This document shows positions 1 through 9,475 of a DNA stretch of 64,000 nt, piece by piece. The stretch is from positions 131,855 through 195,854 of the forward strand of contig CAXNKU010000002.1 in NCBI GenBank assembly GCA_964203045.1. The letters run 5' to 3'. Within the stretch, counting starts at the first letter, position 1; the number at the start of each line of letters is the position of its first letter. Below the pieces are notes generated by a model, which was given only the letters and a program-made list of their open reading frames with translations, ran no database searches and had not been told where the DNA came from. A program made the position numbers and the translations under genes. The stretch is from Gaiellales bacterium (GTDB lineage Bacteria > Actinomycetota > Thermoleophilia > Gaiellales > F1-60-MAGs149).

Positions 1-1
1 T

Positions 2-475
2 ATGAGCATTCCTTACCGCACGGTAGATCCGTATCGCGACACGCACGTGATCGATTCGCGGGGGCCTCGCACCAACCAAGCGATCGTCGGTGTCGGTGCA
101 TTGATCGCATTTCTCCTCCAACAAGAGTGGATCATCGTGCTGCTCGCACTGCAGTTGATTGTCGGCCTGACGCTCGGCCGCCGCTTCTGCCTCCCCTGCC
201 GACTCTGGTTCGATGTCCTGCAGCCGCGCCTCGGCGAGGGCACAATCGAAGATGCCCGCGTGCCGCGCTTCGCCAACATCATCGGCGCCGTCTTTCTGAC
301 TGTCTCGTCGATTTTGCTCTACGCCGGCAGTAGCAGCATTGGCTGGGGCCTCGCCTTGATCGTCGCCGCACTCGCCCTGCTCGCGGCCACGACGGGCGTC
401 TGTGTCGGCTGTGAGATGTACATGCTGATCGCGCGCGCCCGCGGCATCGTCGTCGATCGCCACCCCGCGGTCTAG
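2..475 (+). CDS. DUF4395-family integral membrane protein
   Basis: 157-aa ORF starting at ATG 2. It has several hydrophobic helices and two cysteine pairs (CLPC, CVGC), as in DUF4395 proteins. A thioredoxin-like gene follows 12 nt downstream. Confidence 0.6.
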   Translation: MSIPYRTVDPYRDTHVIDSRGPRTNQAIVGVGALIAFLLQQEWIIVLLALQLIVGLTLGRRFCLPCRLWFDVLQPRLGEGTIEDARVPRFANIIGAVFLTVSSILLYAGSSSIGWGLALIVAALALLAATTGVCVGCEMYMLIARARGIVVDRHPAV

Positions 476-487
476 TCGAGCCTTCTG

Positions 488-883
488 ATGGACCGTCTGC
501 AGCTCGTTGGGGCCTTCGTTGTCGTGCTGCTTGTTGTGGCGATTGTGATCCGCAAGCGAGCTGCCCGTCCGAAAACCGTCCCAACCCGTATCAACCCGCT
601 GCAACTCGGCCTCGATGCGCAGTACGGCGACACCGCCGTCGTCGCCTTCTCGGGCCCGCTCTGCCACGCCTGTCAGGAATGGGGCAAGGAATTGAAGGCA
701 GCCGGCATTCCCTATCGCAGCGTCGATGTGCTGCAAGAATCGCGCCTCGCGCAGACCTATGCGATCAAGAGCACCCCCGTGATTCTGGTCGTCGAGCGGA
801 AAAGCGGCAACGTGCTCGAGAGTTTCACGGACGAGCCCAGCGCAGCGAGCGTGGCGCGTGTCCGCAGTCTCGTGCTCGTCTGA
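488..883 (+). CDS. membrane-anchored thioredoxin/glutaredoxin-like protein
   Basis: 131 aa with an N-terminal hydrophobic helix and a CHAC (CxxC) motif in a thioredoxin-fold-like context (FSGPLCHACQEW). Confidence 0.65.
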   Translation: MDRLQLVGAFVVVLLVVAIVIRKRAARPKTVPTRINPLQLGLDAQYGDTAVVAFSGPLCHACQEWGKELKAAGIPYRSVDVLQESRLAQTYAIKSTPVILVVERKSGNVLESFTDEPSAASVARVRSLVLV

Positions 884-1102
884 TCTTCACCTGTCCGCAG
901 CAATCCCTATATTGCAGGCGTGTTCGGTCACCTGACTCACACGCCCGGTGAGCAGGAGCTTGCCCGCGCGTTCATGGACCTTCAGCGAGTGCTTGATCGC
1001 ATTCGCCGTGGTGAGCTCGAAGCGACCGACGATGCGCGCACACGCATTGCTGACGCACTCGACACGCTGCGCGATCTTCGTCCCGCCGCGTAGCTCGACA
1101 CG

Positions 1103-1963
1103 CTAGCCCGCAACGAGCAGGAGACCACCCGCGACGATGCCAACGGAGGCAATCAGCCGCCGCTTGCGATCCTCCTCGCCGAGCATGCTGCCGCCGAGCC
1201 AGACCGCCACGAGAATACCCGTCTCGCGCAGTGGCGCGACGAGCGAGAGTGGCGCCCCCTGCCACGAGTAGGCGATCAGGATGAAGGCATAGGCGGCGAA
1301 GCGCATCACGCCCGCGATCGTCGCTGACGGCCAGTGTCGAAGCGCACTCCGCAGACGCTGACGATCCGTCAGCATCGCGGGCGTCAGCCAGGCGGCCTCC
1401 GTCACCGCGGCCGCCCACGAGTAGAAGACGATTGGGATCGCCAAATCGACAACGGCGCGCCGATCCCACCACGAGTAGACCGCAATCGCCACGCCAGCGG
1501 CAAGCGCCAGCACGATCGCTGCTCGCTGCAGCGACTTCGGCCCGCGCTGTGGGTTCGTTAGGACCAGCACCGCGACGACGATCACGGCGGCACCTGCCAG
1601 CGAGACGAGGCCTGGCCGCTCGCCAAGGAGCACGATCCCGGCGATCGTCGCGAACAACGCCCCGGTTCCGCGCGAAATCGGATAGACCAGCGAGAGATCG
1701 CCACGCGCATAACCCGCACGCAGCAACATGAAGTAGATGGCCTGCAAGGCGCCTGCGAGCACGATCACCCAGACGAACGTCCAGGAGAAGTGCACGTGGC
1801 CGGCGACGATCAGAATGATCCCCAGTGGCGCAATGGCAATTGCTTCGGCAACCACGAGCACCCACGTGTAGGCCGGGCCAGCGGGGCCACGCTTGGCGAT
1901 GAAATTCCAGCCGGCATGCGCAAAGGCCGACGCGACAACAAGCGCGACCGCGATCGTAGTCAT
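1103..1963 (-). CDS. EamA/DMT-family transporter
   Basis: Start taken at the internal ATG (MTTIAVALVV...). The protein is polytopic, with about 10 hydrophobic helices and two EamA-like halves. Its ATG overlaps the stop of the upstream J-domain gene (ATGA). Confidence 0.75.
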   Translation of the reverse strand: MTTIAVALVVASAFAHAGWNFIAKRGPAGPAYTWVLVVAEAIAIAPLGIILIVAGHVHFSWTFVWVIVLAGALQAIYFMLLRAGYARGDLSLVYPISRGTGALFATIAGIVLLGERPGLVSLAGAAVIVVAVLVLTNPQRGPKSLQRAAIVLALAAGVAIAVYSWWDRRAVVDLAIPIVFYSWAAAVTEAAWLTPAMLTDRQRLRSALRHWPSATIAGVMRFAAYAFILIAYSWQGAPLSLVAPLRETGILVAVWLGGSMLGEEDRKRRLIASVGIVAGGLLLVAG

Positions 1964-2796
1964 GGGTGGCGCTCGCTCGAGGCGCCCTCTCCCCACCGCT
2001 CCCACGCGGTCCCGAAGGCACTCAGCAGCGCCGCATAGAGATCGTCTGGCTCGGCCGTGATGAGCCGCCGCGACCAGCGTCGACGCTCGCGCGCACGGTC
2101 GGCAAACCGCTCGTCACCGATCGTGTCTGCCATTGACGCTCCTGCCGTGGCGCGCGCCTCGATCGCACGACGAATCCGAGCGGCCTCCGCCGGCGCTCGC
2201 TCGAGGCGTCGCAGGTCGATCAGACAGTCTGGACACGGTCGAACCGAGGGGTTGTCAACCGCCGGCCCCGCACACGCCCCACAGGTAGGGCACGAGAACG
2301 CGGCGAGCCGCACCCGATCGGACTTGACCGTCTGGGGCTGGTGCAGCAGTTCGACCCACGTCGTCCGGTCCCGCTGATCAAACTCTGTGCCGACGACCGT
2401 CAGCACCTCACCGTCGAACGGCCAGACGCGCACATGATCGCCTCGCCGCAGCCCCGTCACCTGGCAGACCGCAGCGACCGCTGGTTCGGGGTCGCGCTCG
2501 GGCCACGGGTCTGGCGTATCGAAACGCACGTCGCCAGCCGCACCAACCGTCGGTGGCCAATCGCGCTCCTCGTCGATCCACCAGTCGAGCGTCTCGCGCG
2601 CCTCGTTGAGCGCGCGCGTCAACGTCGCTGCCGCCTGCTCTCGTGCGGCATCGCCGATGTGGCGATCGGGATGCGTCTGCGCGACGCGCTTGCGCCAAGC
2701 CTTCAGCACACCGGCATGATCGACGGGAGCCACCACACCAAGCAACCACAGAGCGCGTCGACATTCGGCCACACTGGGAGTTCGCCTACGCGCCAT
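1960..2796 (-). CDS. J-domain protein with C-terminal Cys-rich (zinc-ribbon-like) segment
   Basis: 278 aa. The HPD tripeptide sits in a J-domain context (WRKRVAQTHPDRH). Later there is CPTCGAC...CPDC. Confidence 0.65.
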   Translation of the reverse strand: MARRRTPSVAECRRALWLLGVVAPVDHAGVLKAWRKRVAQTHPDRHIGDAAREQAAATLTRALNEARETLDWWIDEERDWPPTVGAAGDVRFDTPDPWPERDPEPAVAAVCQVTGLRRGDHVRVWPFDGEVLTVVGTEFDQRDRTTWVELLHQPQTVKSDRVRLAAFSCPTCGACAGPAVDNPSVRPCPDCLIDLRRLERAPAEAARIRRAIEARATAGASMADTIGDERFADRARERRRWSRRLITAEPDDLYAALLSAFGTAWERWGEGASSERHP

Positions 2797-2823
2797 CGCC
2801 GCAGGGTATCGGAGCGCTGGGTG

Positions 2824-3351
2824 TTACTCGCCGGAGTAGAACGGACTCGTCAACTCGTCCCGACGCTCGACGAGGCGCTTGGCGGCCTCTGGATCGCGAC
2901 CCTTGACCGCCATCTCGATCGCCTTGCGGATCGACTGGCGATTGGCCTTACGGATTGCCGTCTCGTCGGTCGCCCCAGGATTGACCCAGACAGCAACGAA
3001 GACGATGTACTCGTCGGTCGCCTCGATGATGCCATCAGCGACAGCGTCGAGCGTGCCCTGGGCAAGCCCCAACTGAGCCGCGCCCCACGTCATCGTCTGA
3101 TGCGTGTCGGTGACTGCCGTCGACTTGTTCATCATCACCAGCGGCGGCCAGACGGGCTCGTACTTCGTCTCGTGCTCACCAACGCAGACCAGAATTGGCG
3201 TGTGCCCGGGCCGTGGCGTGGCAAACGCGGTCATCAGACCGGCTGCTGTCGCGCTGCCGCGACGAGCGATGATCACGTTGACATGACTCCCAACGATCTG
3301 GGCTTCGCCGCCCCAACCCTCACCAATTGCTCCGTCGAGATCACGCGCCAT
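2824..3351 (-). CDS. fae: formaldehyde-activating enzyme (Fae family)
   Basis: The 175-aa product from the internal ATG (MARDLDGAIGEGW...) aligns by eye along its whole length with Methylorubrum Fae. Matching blocks include IGE..G.......V.IIA.RGS, W/FG.AQ.G.A....DAVA.GII, and Y.V.V.V....A.D...I. Confidence 0.8.
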   Translation of the reverse strand: MARDLDGAIGEGWGGEAQIVGSHVNVIIARRGSATAAGLMTAFATPRPGHTPILVCVGEHETKYEPVWPPLVMMNKSTAVTDTHQTMTWGAAQLGLAQGTLDAVADGIIEATDEYIVFVAVWVNPGATDETAIRKANRQSIRKAIEMAVKGRDPEAAKRLVERRDELTSPFYSGE

Positions 3352-3480
3352 TATCGCCTCCTGTTGCCTACCCCGAGAGCCTAACGTGTGAGCATCCTGG
3401 TGCACCGACGCGCGGTCACAGTAATTTGGTCAGCCGGCACACGCACTGGCGACCACTAACCGCCCCCCTCAGCGGTAGGA

Positions 3481-4674
3481 TTGGAGGCCGTGGATGACGA
3501 GCGACCACCCCGGCCTCGGCCCGCGCGCAGCAGACGATCTGCGCCGCGCCCTCGAGCCGCGCCACGGCCGCGTGCAGACTATGCCGACGACACGAGCAAC
3601 CACCCATACCGCACGCACACGCGCCGGCCTCGACGCGAACGCTCGACCGTGCGCCCACTGCACGTGCTGCTCCTGACAATTCTTGTGATCGGACTGATCG
3701 GCTTTACGACGAAGGTGTTGACGGGTGGCGGAGAGGCCGGCGGCAGTTCGGCAACCACGGCCGTTGGAAGCAACACTGTTGTGGCGTCGACAGGCAAGCA
3801 AACGCCCACGACAACCACTGTCGCTGCGGCCTCGACAGAACCAAAGACCACACGCGACAACATCGAGTTGCCGCTCGCGCCGCTCGTCGTCCGCCGCCCA
3901 GCGCCAACCTACATGGCCGGAGCGGAAAGTCCCGCGAATCAGCCAGGGCTCGCCGCCGGATCGTACGTCGCGCTCGATGTCGAAAAGAATCAGATCGTGC
4001 TGGCCTACGACGACACACAGCGACGGCCAGTCGCCTCGCTGACAAAAATGATGACCGGACTGCTCGTCTCTGAGGCTGGAAATCTCGCCCACATGGTCAC
4101 GGTCTCGGAGACCGCTGCCGCTGTTGAGCCAAACAAAGATGGTCTGATCATCGGCAATCGATACCCTCGTGGTGTCTTGCTCTATTCGGCACTCCTCGGC
4201 TCGAACAACGACGCCGCAGCCGCCCTTGGCGAGGACCTCGGTGAGGGCAACTATGGGCGCTATTACAGGCAGATGAACCGGCGTGGCAAACAGCTCGGAT
4301 TAACAGGCACGCAGTACGCAAGCTCGTCGGGTCTCAACGATGCGACCAACTTGTCAACGGCTCGCGACCAGGCAATCTTGCTCGCTCGTGCCCTCGAGAA
4401 TCCAACCTTCGCACGCGCCGTTCGCACGTGGCGTCACACGGTGCGATGGAACGACACGGGCGGCAAGCGCACGTACGAGAACCACAACAAGATGCTCCAG
4501 ACCTTTCGCGGCACGATCGGTGGCAAGACGGGCTTTACGACCCTAGCCGGAGGGTGTCTTGCCGTCGCAGTTCGTCGCGGTGATCGAACGATCGTTGGCG
4601 TGGTGCTAGGTACCAATGACATCTGGGGCGATATGCCCGCGTTGATCAACGCAGCCTTCAAGCGCACCTCGTAG
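3481..4674 (+). CDS. D-alanyl-D-alanine carboxypeptidase (serine peptidase S11, PBP5-like)
   Basis: Contains SLTK (SxxK), SGLN (SxN) and KTG motifs in the canonical order. The N-terminal tail is Arg/Pro-rich and is followed by one TM helix. The exact start is uncertain (TTG 3481 or GTG 3490). Confidence 0.8.
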   Translation: MEAVDDERPPRPRPARSRRSAPRPRAAPRPRADYADDTSNHPYRTHTRRPRRERSTVRPLHVLLLTILVIGLIGFTTKVLTGGGEAGGSSATTAVGSNTVVASTGKQTPTTTTVAAASTEPKTTRDNIELPLAPLVVRRPAPTYMAGAESPANQPGLAAGSYVALDVEKNQIVLAYDDTQRRPVASLTKMMTGLLVSEAGNLAHMVTVSETAAAVEPNKDGLIIGNRYPRGVLLYSALLGSNNDAAAALGEDLGEGNYGRYYRQMNRRGKQLGLTGTQYASSSGLNDATNLSTARDQAILLARALENPTFARAVRTWRHTVRWNDTGGKRTYENHNKMLQTFRGTIGGKTGFTTLAGGCLAVAVRRGDRTIVGVVLGTNDIWGDMPALINAAFKRTS

Positions 4675-4732
4675 CTCCGCCCGACCCACGCACAACGCAA
4701 CCCACAGCGCACAAGCCCTCAGGGGTGAGGCC

Positions 4733-4921
4733 TCAGTGGTCGGGGCCGAAGCTGAGCCGCGTCATCGCGAGCGCCGCGACGGCGAGCACTGCTGCGATAC
4801 CAACGCCAAGCCACTGATGAGGAACAGCCGTGATGCCCTTCGCCAGCAACACGACACCCACGCACACGACGAGCGTGATCGCGAGGATGTACATGACGAT
4901 GTGGGAGACCTTCTGATCCAT
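4733..4921 (-). CDS. small hypothetical membrane protein
   Basis: 62-aa ORF with two hydrophobic helices, lying downstream of gcvP on the same strand. No family recognised. Confidence 0.35.
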   Translation of the reverse strand: MDQKVSHIVMYILAITLVVCVGVVLLAKGITAVPHQWLGVGIAAVLAVAALAMTRLSFGPDH

Positions 4922-4971
4922 GGCTAAAAATTAGCAGGAGCTACCGCTGAGCGGTACCCAGTAGGACCGAA

Positions 4972-7870
4972 CTAATCGCCCGCGACGAGGTCGCTGAGCG
5001 GCGGGCAGACACAGAAGAGGTTGCGGTCTCCATAGGCCTGGTCGATGCGCCGGACCGGCGGCCAGTACTTCTCGGAGCCGATCGTGGCCAAGGGATAGAC
5101 AGCCTCGTCTCGCGAGTACGGGTGCGGCCATTCGCCCGTCAGCATGTGTGCCGTGTGCGGCGCATTGACGAGCGGGTTGTCGTCGGCCGGCCAGACACCC
5201 GCCGCAACCTGATTGATCTCCTCGCGAATTGCTGCCATCGCGGTGCAGAAGCGATCGATCTCGCCGCGATCCTCCGACTCGGTCGGCTCGACCATCAGCG
5301 TGCCAGCCACGGGAAACGACATCGTCGGCGCGTGGAAGCCGTAGTCGATCAGCCGCTTGGCAACGTCTTCGACGGTCACGCCCGTGTCGTTCGTGATGCC
5401 GCGCAGGTCGAGAATGCACTCGTGCGCGACGAGCCCGTCGTGCCCGGTGTAGAGAATCGGATAGTGCGGTGCCGAGCCGCTTGGCGATGTAGTTCGCGTT
5501 GAGCACGGCCACCTGCGTTGCCTGCTTGAGACCATCGGGCCCCATCAGGCGGATGTACGCCCACGAGATCGGCAGAACGCTCGCCGAGCCCCATGGCGCT
5601 CCGGAGATCGGCCCAGGCCCAGTCTCGGGGCCAGCAGCCGGCTGGAGTGGATGGTTTGGCAGGAACGGTCGGAGGTGCGCACGCACCGCCACGGGACCGA
5701 CGCCCGGACCGCCACCACCATGCGGAATACAGAACGTCTTGTGCAGGTTGAGATGCGAGACATCGGCACCAAACTTGCCGGGCTGTGCGACGCCAACGAG
5801 CGCGTTCATGTTTGCGCCGTCGACGTAGACCTGACCGCCCGCGTCGTGCACGAGCTCGCAGATCTCACTGACGGCTTCTTCGTAGACGCCATGCGTCGAC
5901 GGGTACGTGATCATCAGGCCCGCGAGGTTGTCGCCATGCTCGACGATCTTGGCGCGCAGGTCGTCGAGGTCGACATCGCCACGATCGTCGCAGGCAATCA
6001 CGACGACGCGCATGCCCGCCATCACAGCGCTAGCGGCATTCGTGCCGTGGGCCGAGACGGGGATCAGGCAGATGTCGCGATGGTGATCGCCACGGCTCTG
6101 GTGATAGCCGCGGATTGCGAGGAGACCTGCGAACTCGCCTTGCGAGCCAGCATTTGGCTGCAGCGAGACGGCGTCGTAACCGGTGATCGCAACGAGCCAG
6201 CGCTGCAGTTCGTTGATCAGGAGCAGGTAGCCGTCGGCCTGATCGAGCGGCGCGAACGGATGAATCGTCGCGAACTCTGGCCAGGTGACAGCCTGCATCT
6301 CGGTCGTCGCGTTGAGCTTCATCGTGCACGAGCCGAGCGGGATCATCGAGCGGTTGAGCGCAATGTCCTTGCCCGAGAGGCGGCGCAGGTAGCGCAGCAT
6401 CTGCGTCTCGGAGCGATGCTCGTGGAAGACCGGGTGCGTCAGGATCTCCTCGGTGCGGAGCAGATCTGCTGGCAGCGCATCGGGCGTCTCAGCATCGAGC
6501 TCGTCGATATCGGCCGTCACGCGGAAGGTCTCCCAGAGCGCCTCGATGTGATGGCGCTCGGTCACCTCATCGCAGGAGATACCAACGGTGTCGCGGTCGA
6601 CGCGGCGCAGGTTGATCCCGAACTGGCGGGCCTGGGCAATCACGATGTCGGCGTGGTGCGGCACGCGTACCTGCACGGTGTCAAAGAACGTGTCGTGCAA
6701 GACATTGAGTCCGCCGCGACGCAACCCCTCCGCGAAAATCGCGGACAGGCGATGGATGCGTTGAGCGATCGAACGAAGGCCATCGGCACCGTGATAGACC
6801 GCGTACATGCTGGCGATCACGGCGAGCAGCACCTGGGCCGTGCAGATATTCGAAGTCGCCTTATCGCGACGAATGTGCTGCTCGCGCGTCTGCAAAGCCA
6901 GGCGCAATGCGGGGGCGCCATCGGCGTCAACCGAGACACCAACAAGTCGCCCGGGCATCATGCGTTGAAGCCCATCGCGGACTGCCATGTAGGCGGCGTG
7001 CGGGCCACCGAAGCCAATCGGCACGCCGTACCGCTGCATCGAGCCAACTGCGATATCCGCACCCATCGAGGCGGGCGAAGCAAGCAAGACGAGCGCCAAC
7101 GGATCGGCGGCCAGCACGGCGAGCGCTTCGCGCTCGTGCAGTGCAGCGATCGTCGGGCGCCAATCGCGAATTCGACCATCGGCACCCGGGTGCTGCAGGA
7201 GCGCACCGACGATTTCGCCGTCGGGCAGACCCTCTTCGAGGTTCGCCACTACGACGGTGATTCCCAGCGGCGTAGCGCGCGTCTGAATAACAGCGATGGT
7301 CTGGGGCAGTGCGTCCTCGTCAATGAGAAACAGGCCCGTGTCCTTCTTAGAGTGACGGAAACAAAGCGTCATCGCCTCGGCCGCTGCCGTCGCCTCATCG
7401 AGCAGCGATGCATTCGCCATCGGCAGCCCCGTCAGGTCGGCGATGACCGTCTGATAGTTGAGCAGCGCCTCGAGGCGACCCTGGGCAATCTCGGGCTGAT
7501 ACGGGGTGTAGGCCGTGTACCAGGCGGGGTTCTCGAACACCTTCCGCAAGACGACCTGCGGCGTATGCGTGTCGTAGTAGCCCAGCCCGATCATCTGCGT
7601 CATCACGCGATTGCGCTCACCGATCTCGCGCAACTCAGCGAGCACCTCAATCTCGGTCGCGGCGGGCGGCACATCAATCGCCTCGCGCATCCGGATCGCG
7701 CTCGGGACGGCTGCCTCCTCGAGGGCATCCAGCGAGGCGTAGCCCAGCTCGGCCAGCATCGCTGCCTGCTCGTCGGCGCCGGGTCCAATGTGGCGACGAC
7801 TAAACGGTACGGCGTGCTCGAGTTCAACGAGCGACGGGCGCGACCCCGGAGACTGCTTCTGCTTGCTCAT
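4972..7870 (-). pseudogene. gcvP: glycine dehydrogenase (decarboxylating) GcvP, interrupted by a single frameshift near 5466-5480
   Basis: The N-terminal part (about 800 aa, MSKQKQ...[12 protein letters not shown]) lies in the frame of ORF 4931..7909. The conserved C-terminus ([24 protein letters not shown]...VAGD*) continues in the frame of ORF 4972..5535. After the switch point, the first frame reads Arg-rich nonsense. Confidence 0.9.
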
Positions 7871-8040
7871 GCACTTCACCTTTCGCACACGCGACCGCAC
7901 TGGTCGCATACACCCTGAGTTGTCCCCGAACGTCCCGGCTGAACCCTACCGCGCATTCCGCCGGAATTGTGCGCGCCATCTCCAACCCGCGACGTTTGGC
8001 GTGTCCGTCACGAAGAATCGGCTATGCTGCGCCCTCGATT

Positions 8041-8114
<74 letters not shown>

Positions 8115-8534
8115 TCATTCGAAGGGACCCGCAAGGGTCCCTTCGTCATTTCTGGGGCCAGAGAACCCGGCGGCGGGCAACCAGCGCGGCAGCGACTCAG
8201 GGAAGCTGACACCCTCGGGTTGATGCGCGTCCAGATCGTCGAGACAGGCGAGGACGACGGAGGCGATGTCGGAGCCCTCGTCGAAGACGCAGAGCGCACT
8301 GCCGCAGCGAGCGCAGTGCCCGCGCCGTTGGCCGGGAGCGGGCTCGAACCACGCCGGTTTGCCGGCCGTGAAACGCAAATCCGACGTGCGCACATCGGCC
8401 CAGGCGACGGCAGGCGAGCCCGCCCACTTTTGACAGCGCCGGCACGCACACCAGTGCGCGTCCGTCAGCGGACCGTTGATCTCGAGGCGAACGTCGCCAC
8501 AGAGGCAACCGCCGGTAGCGACCTCGCTACTCAT
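8115..8534 (-). CDS. GFA-family (CENP-V/glutathione-dependent formaldehyde-activating fold) protein
   Basis: 139 aa with the Zn-binding cysteine pattern GGCLCG...C.C..C....G.......C..CGS typical of the GFA domain. Confidence 0.75.
   Translation of the reverse strand: MSSEVATGGCLCGDVRLEINGPLTDAHWCACRRCQKWAGSPAVAWADVRTSDLRFTAGKPAWFEPAPGQRRGHCARCGSALCVFDEGSDIASVVLACLDDLDAHQPEGVSFPESLPRWLPAAGFSGPRNDEGTLAGPFE
8120..8145. terminator. GC-rich hairpin immediately 3' of tRNA-Asp
   Basis: CGAAGGGACCC-GCAA-GGGTCCCTTCG, an 11-bp perfect stem with a GCAA loop, followed by TCATTTCT. It overlaps the last codons of the convergent GFA ORF. Confidence 0.5.
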
Positions 8535-9475
8535 GCGCGGCCCTCCGTAAGCTCGGCGACCATCGCGTTCACGTTCGCGCTGGCGCGCTGGTAGGAGACC
8601 TCTTCGAGCTCGATCACACGCGCCGGGTCGCGCTCGACCTCGGCCATCACGTCGGGCAGGAAGAAGGCCGGATCAGCTGGGTCCTCGTGTGGCGCAAAAA
8701 TCGGGCCGCCAGTCTCCTCCGGCAGGCCGTCCTCGCGCGGATGAAACGGGCAGGTGTAGCCCCAGACGTTCTCGAACGCGATACGAGTGACGCCCGCCTC
8801 GAGCAGGCGGCGCGTAATGTCGGCGATCGGCAGCACGCCTTCCCCCGTCGGCACGCCACAGACCATGCCGTGCATGACGACGTGGTCCTTCATATGCGCC
8901 TTGCGCGTCCACGGCAGCATCGCCTCGAGCGCCTCGAGCGGATCCTCGCGCAGCATCATCGAGTTGCCGTAGTCGTAGAGCGCGCCCACGAATGGATGGT
9001 CGACGCGTTCGAGAATGCGGCCGACCTCGACACCGGTGAACTCCTCATGGTTCTCGAGGAGAATTGGCACGCCACGATCCTCCGCGATCGGCGCCGCCTC
9101 GATCAGATCTCGCGTCGTTGCATCTAGCACCTGTGCGCGCGGGCCCTCGTGGCGCGTGTAGGTGCGCAGATGTTTCGCGCCGAGCGCGACGGCAAGATCG
9201 AGCAGCGTCGTCAGATGCTTGGGATCGGTCGAGCTGGTCTCGACATCGACGTCGAGGCCGCGCTCGCGGATCGCCTCCGCGACGAGCTTGACGTGCGCAG
9301 GACTGTCGCCGCCAAGAAAGCGATAGTGCGGACCATTGACGTTGAGTCCAATCCCGACGTTGCCATCCGCGACCGCGCGATCAAGCAGATCGATAATCCC
9401 GAAGTTCGGATCGTGCATCAGTCGGAAGCGAAACGAATAGGTGTGAATAAAGAGGTCGATCGCGGGAAGTGTCAT
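8531..9475 (-). CDS. sugar phosphate isomerase/epimerase (xylose-isomerase-like TIM barrel)
   Basis: Start at the internal ATG (MTLPAIDLFIHTYSF...). The sequence upstream in this ORF is Arg/Cys-rich nonsense. ENHE and other TIM-barrel-like blocks are present. The ATG overlaps the stop of the upstream kinase gene. Confidence 0.65.
   Translation of the reverse strand: MTLPAIDLFIHTYSFRFRLMHDPNFGIIDLLDRAVADGNVGIGLNVNGPHYRFLGGDSPAHVKLVAEAIRERGLDVDVETSSTDPKHLTTLLDLAVALGAKHLRTYTRHEGPRAQVLDATTRDLIEAAPIAEDRGVPILLENHEEFTGVEVGRILERVDHPFVGALYDYGNSMMLREDPLEALEAMLPWTRKAHMKDHVVMHGMVCGVPTGEGVLPIADITRRLLEAGVTRIAFENVWGYTCPFHPREDGLPEETGGPIFAPHEDPADPAFFLPDVMAEVERDPARVIELEEVSYQRASANVNAMVAELTEGRA

Noticed and set aside
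881-1096. The TGA stop of the thioredoxin-like gene is followed in frame by an open 71-codon stretch. This includes a possible 58-codon ORF from GTG 920 (VFGHLTHTPGEQELARAFMDLQRVLDRIRRGELEATDDARTRIADALDTLRDLRPAA*). It was considered as read-through/selenocysteine or as a small gene.
   Set aside because: The TGA is not at the CxxC position and no SECIS-like hairpin is evident. The small ORF has no convincing ribosome-binding site or recognisable family. This is too weak to report as a feature.
5651-7918. 755-aa plus-strand ORF, plus similar long ORFs at 972-2021, 9694-10389, 19615-21078, 25059-26012, 41013-42035, 54321-55560, 57140-58327 and 61109-62581.
   Set aside because: All lie antisense to, or out of frame with, genes that have clear family signatures. 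Their translations are Arg/Ala/Gly/Pro-rich low-complexity strings, as expected for stop-poor frames in high-GC DNA.
8115-8145. The last codons of the GFA-family ORF coincide with the tRNA-Asp terminator hairpin. This was considered as evidence that the ORF end is spurious or the gene truncated.
   Set aside because: The 139-aa length and complete Cys pattern fit the family. A convergent gene running into a shared hairpin is common, so it is kept as annotated.
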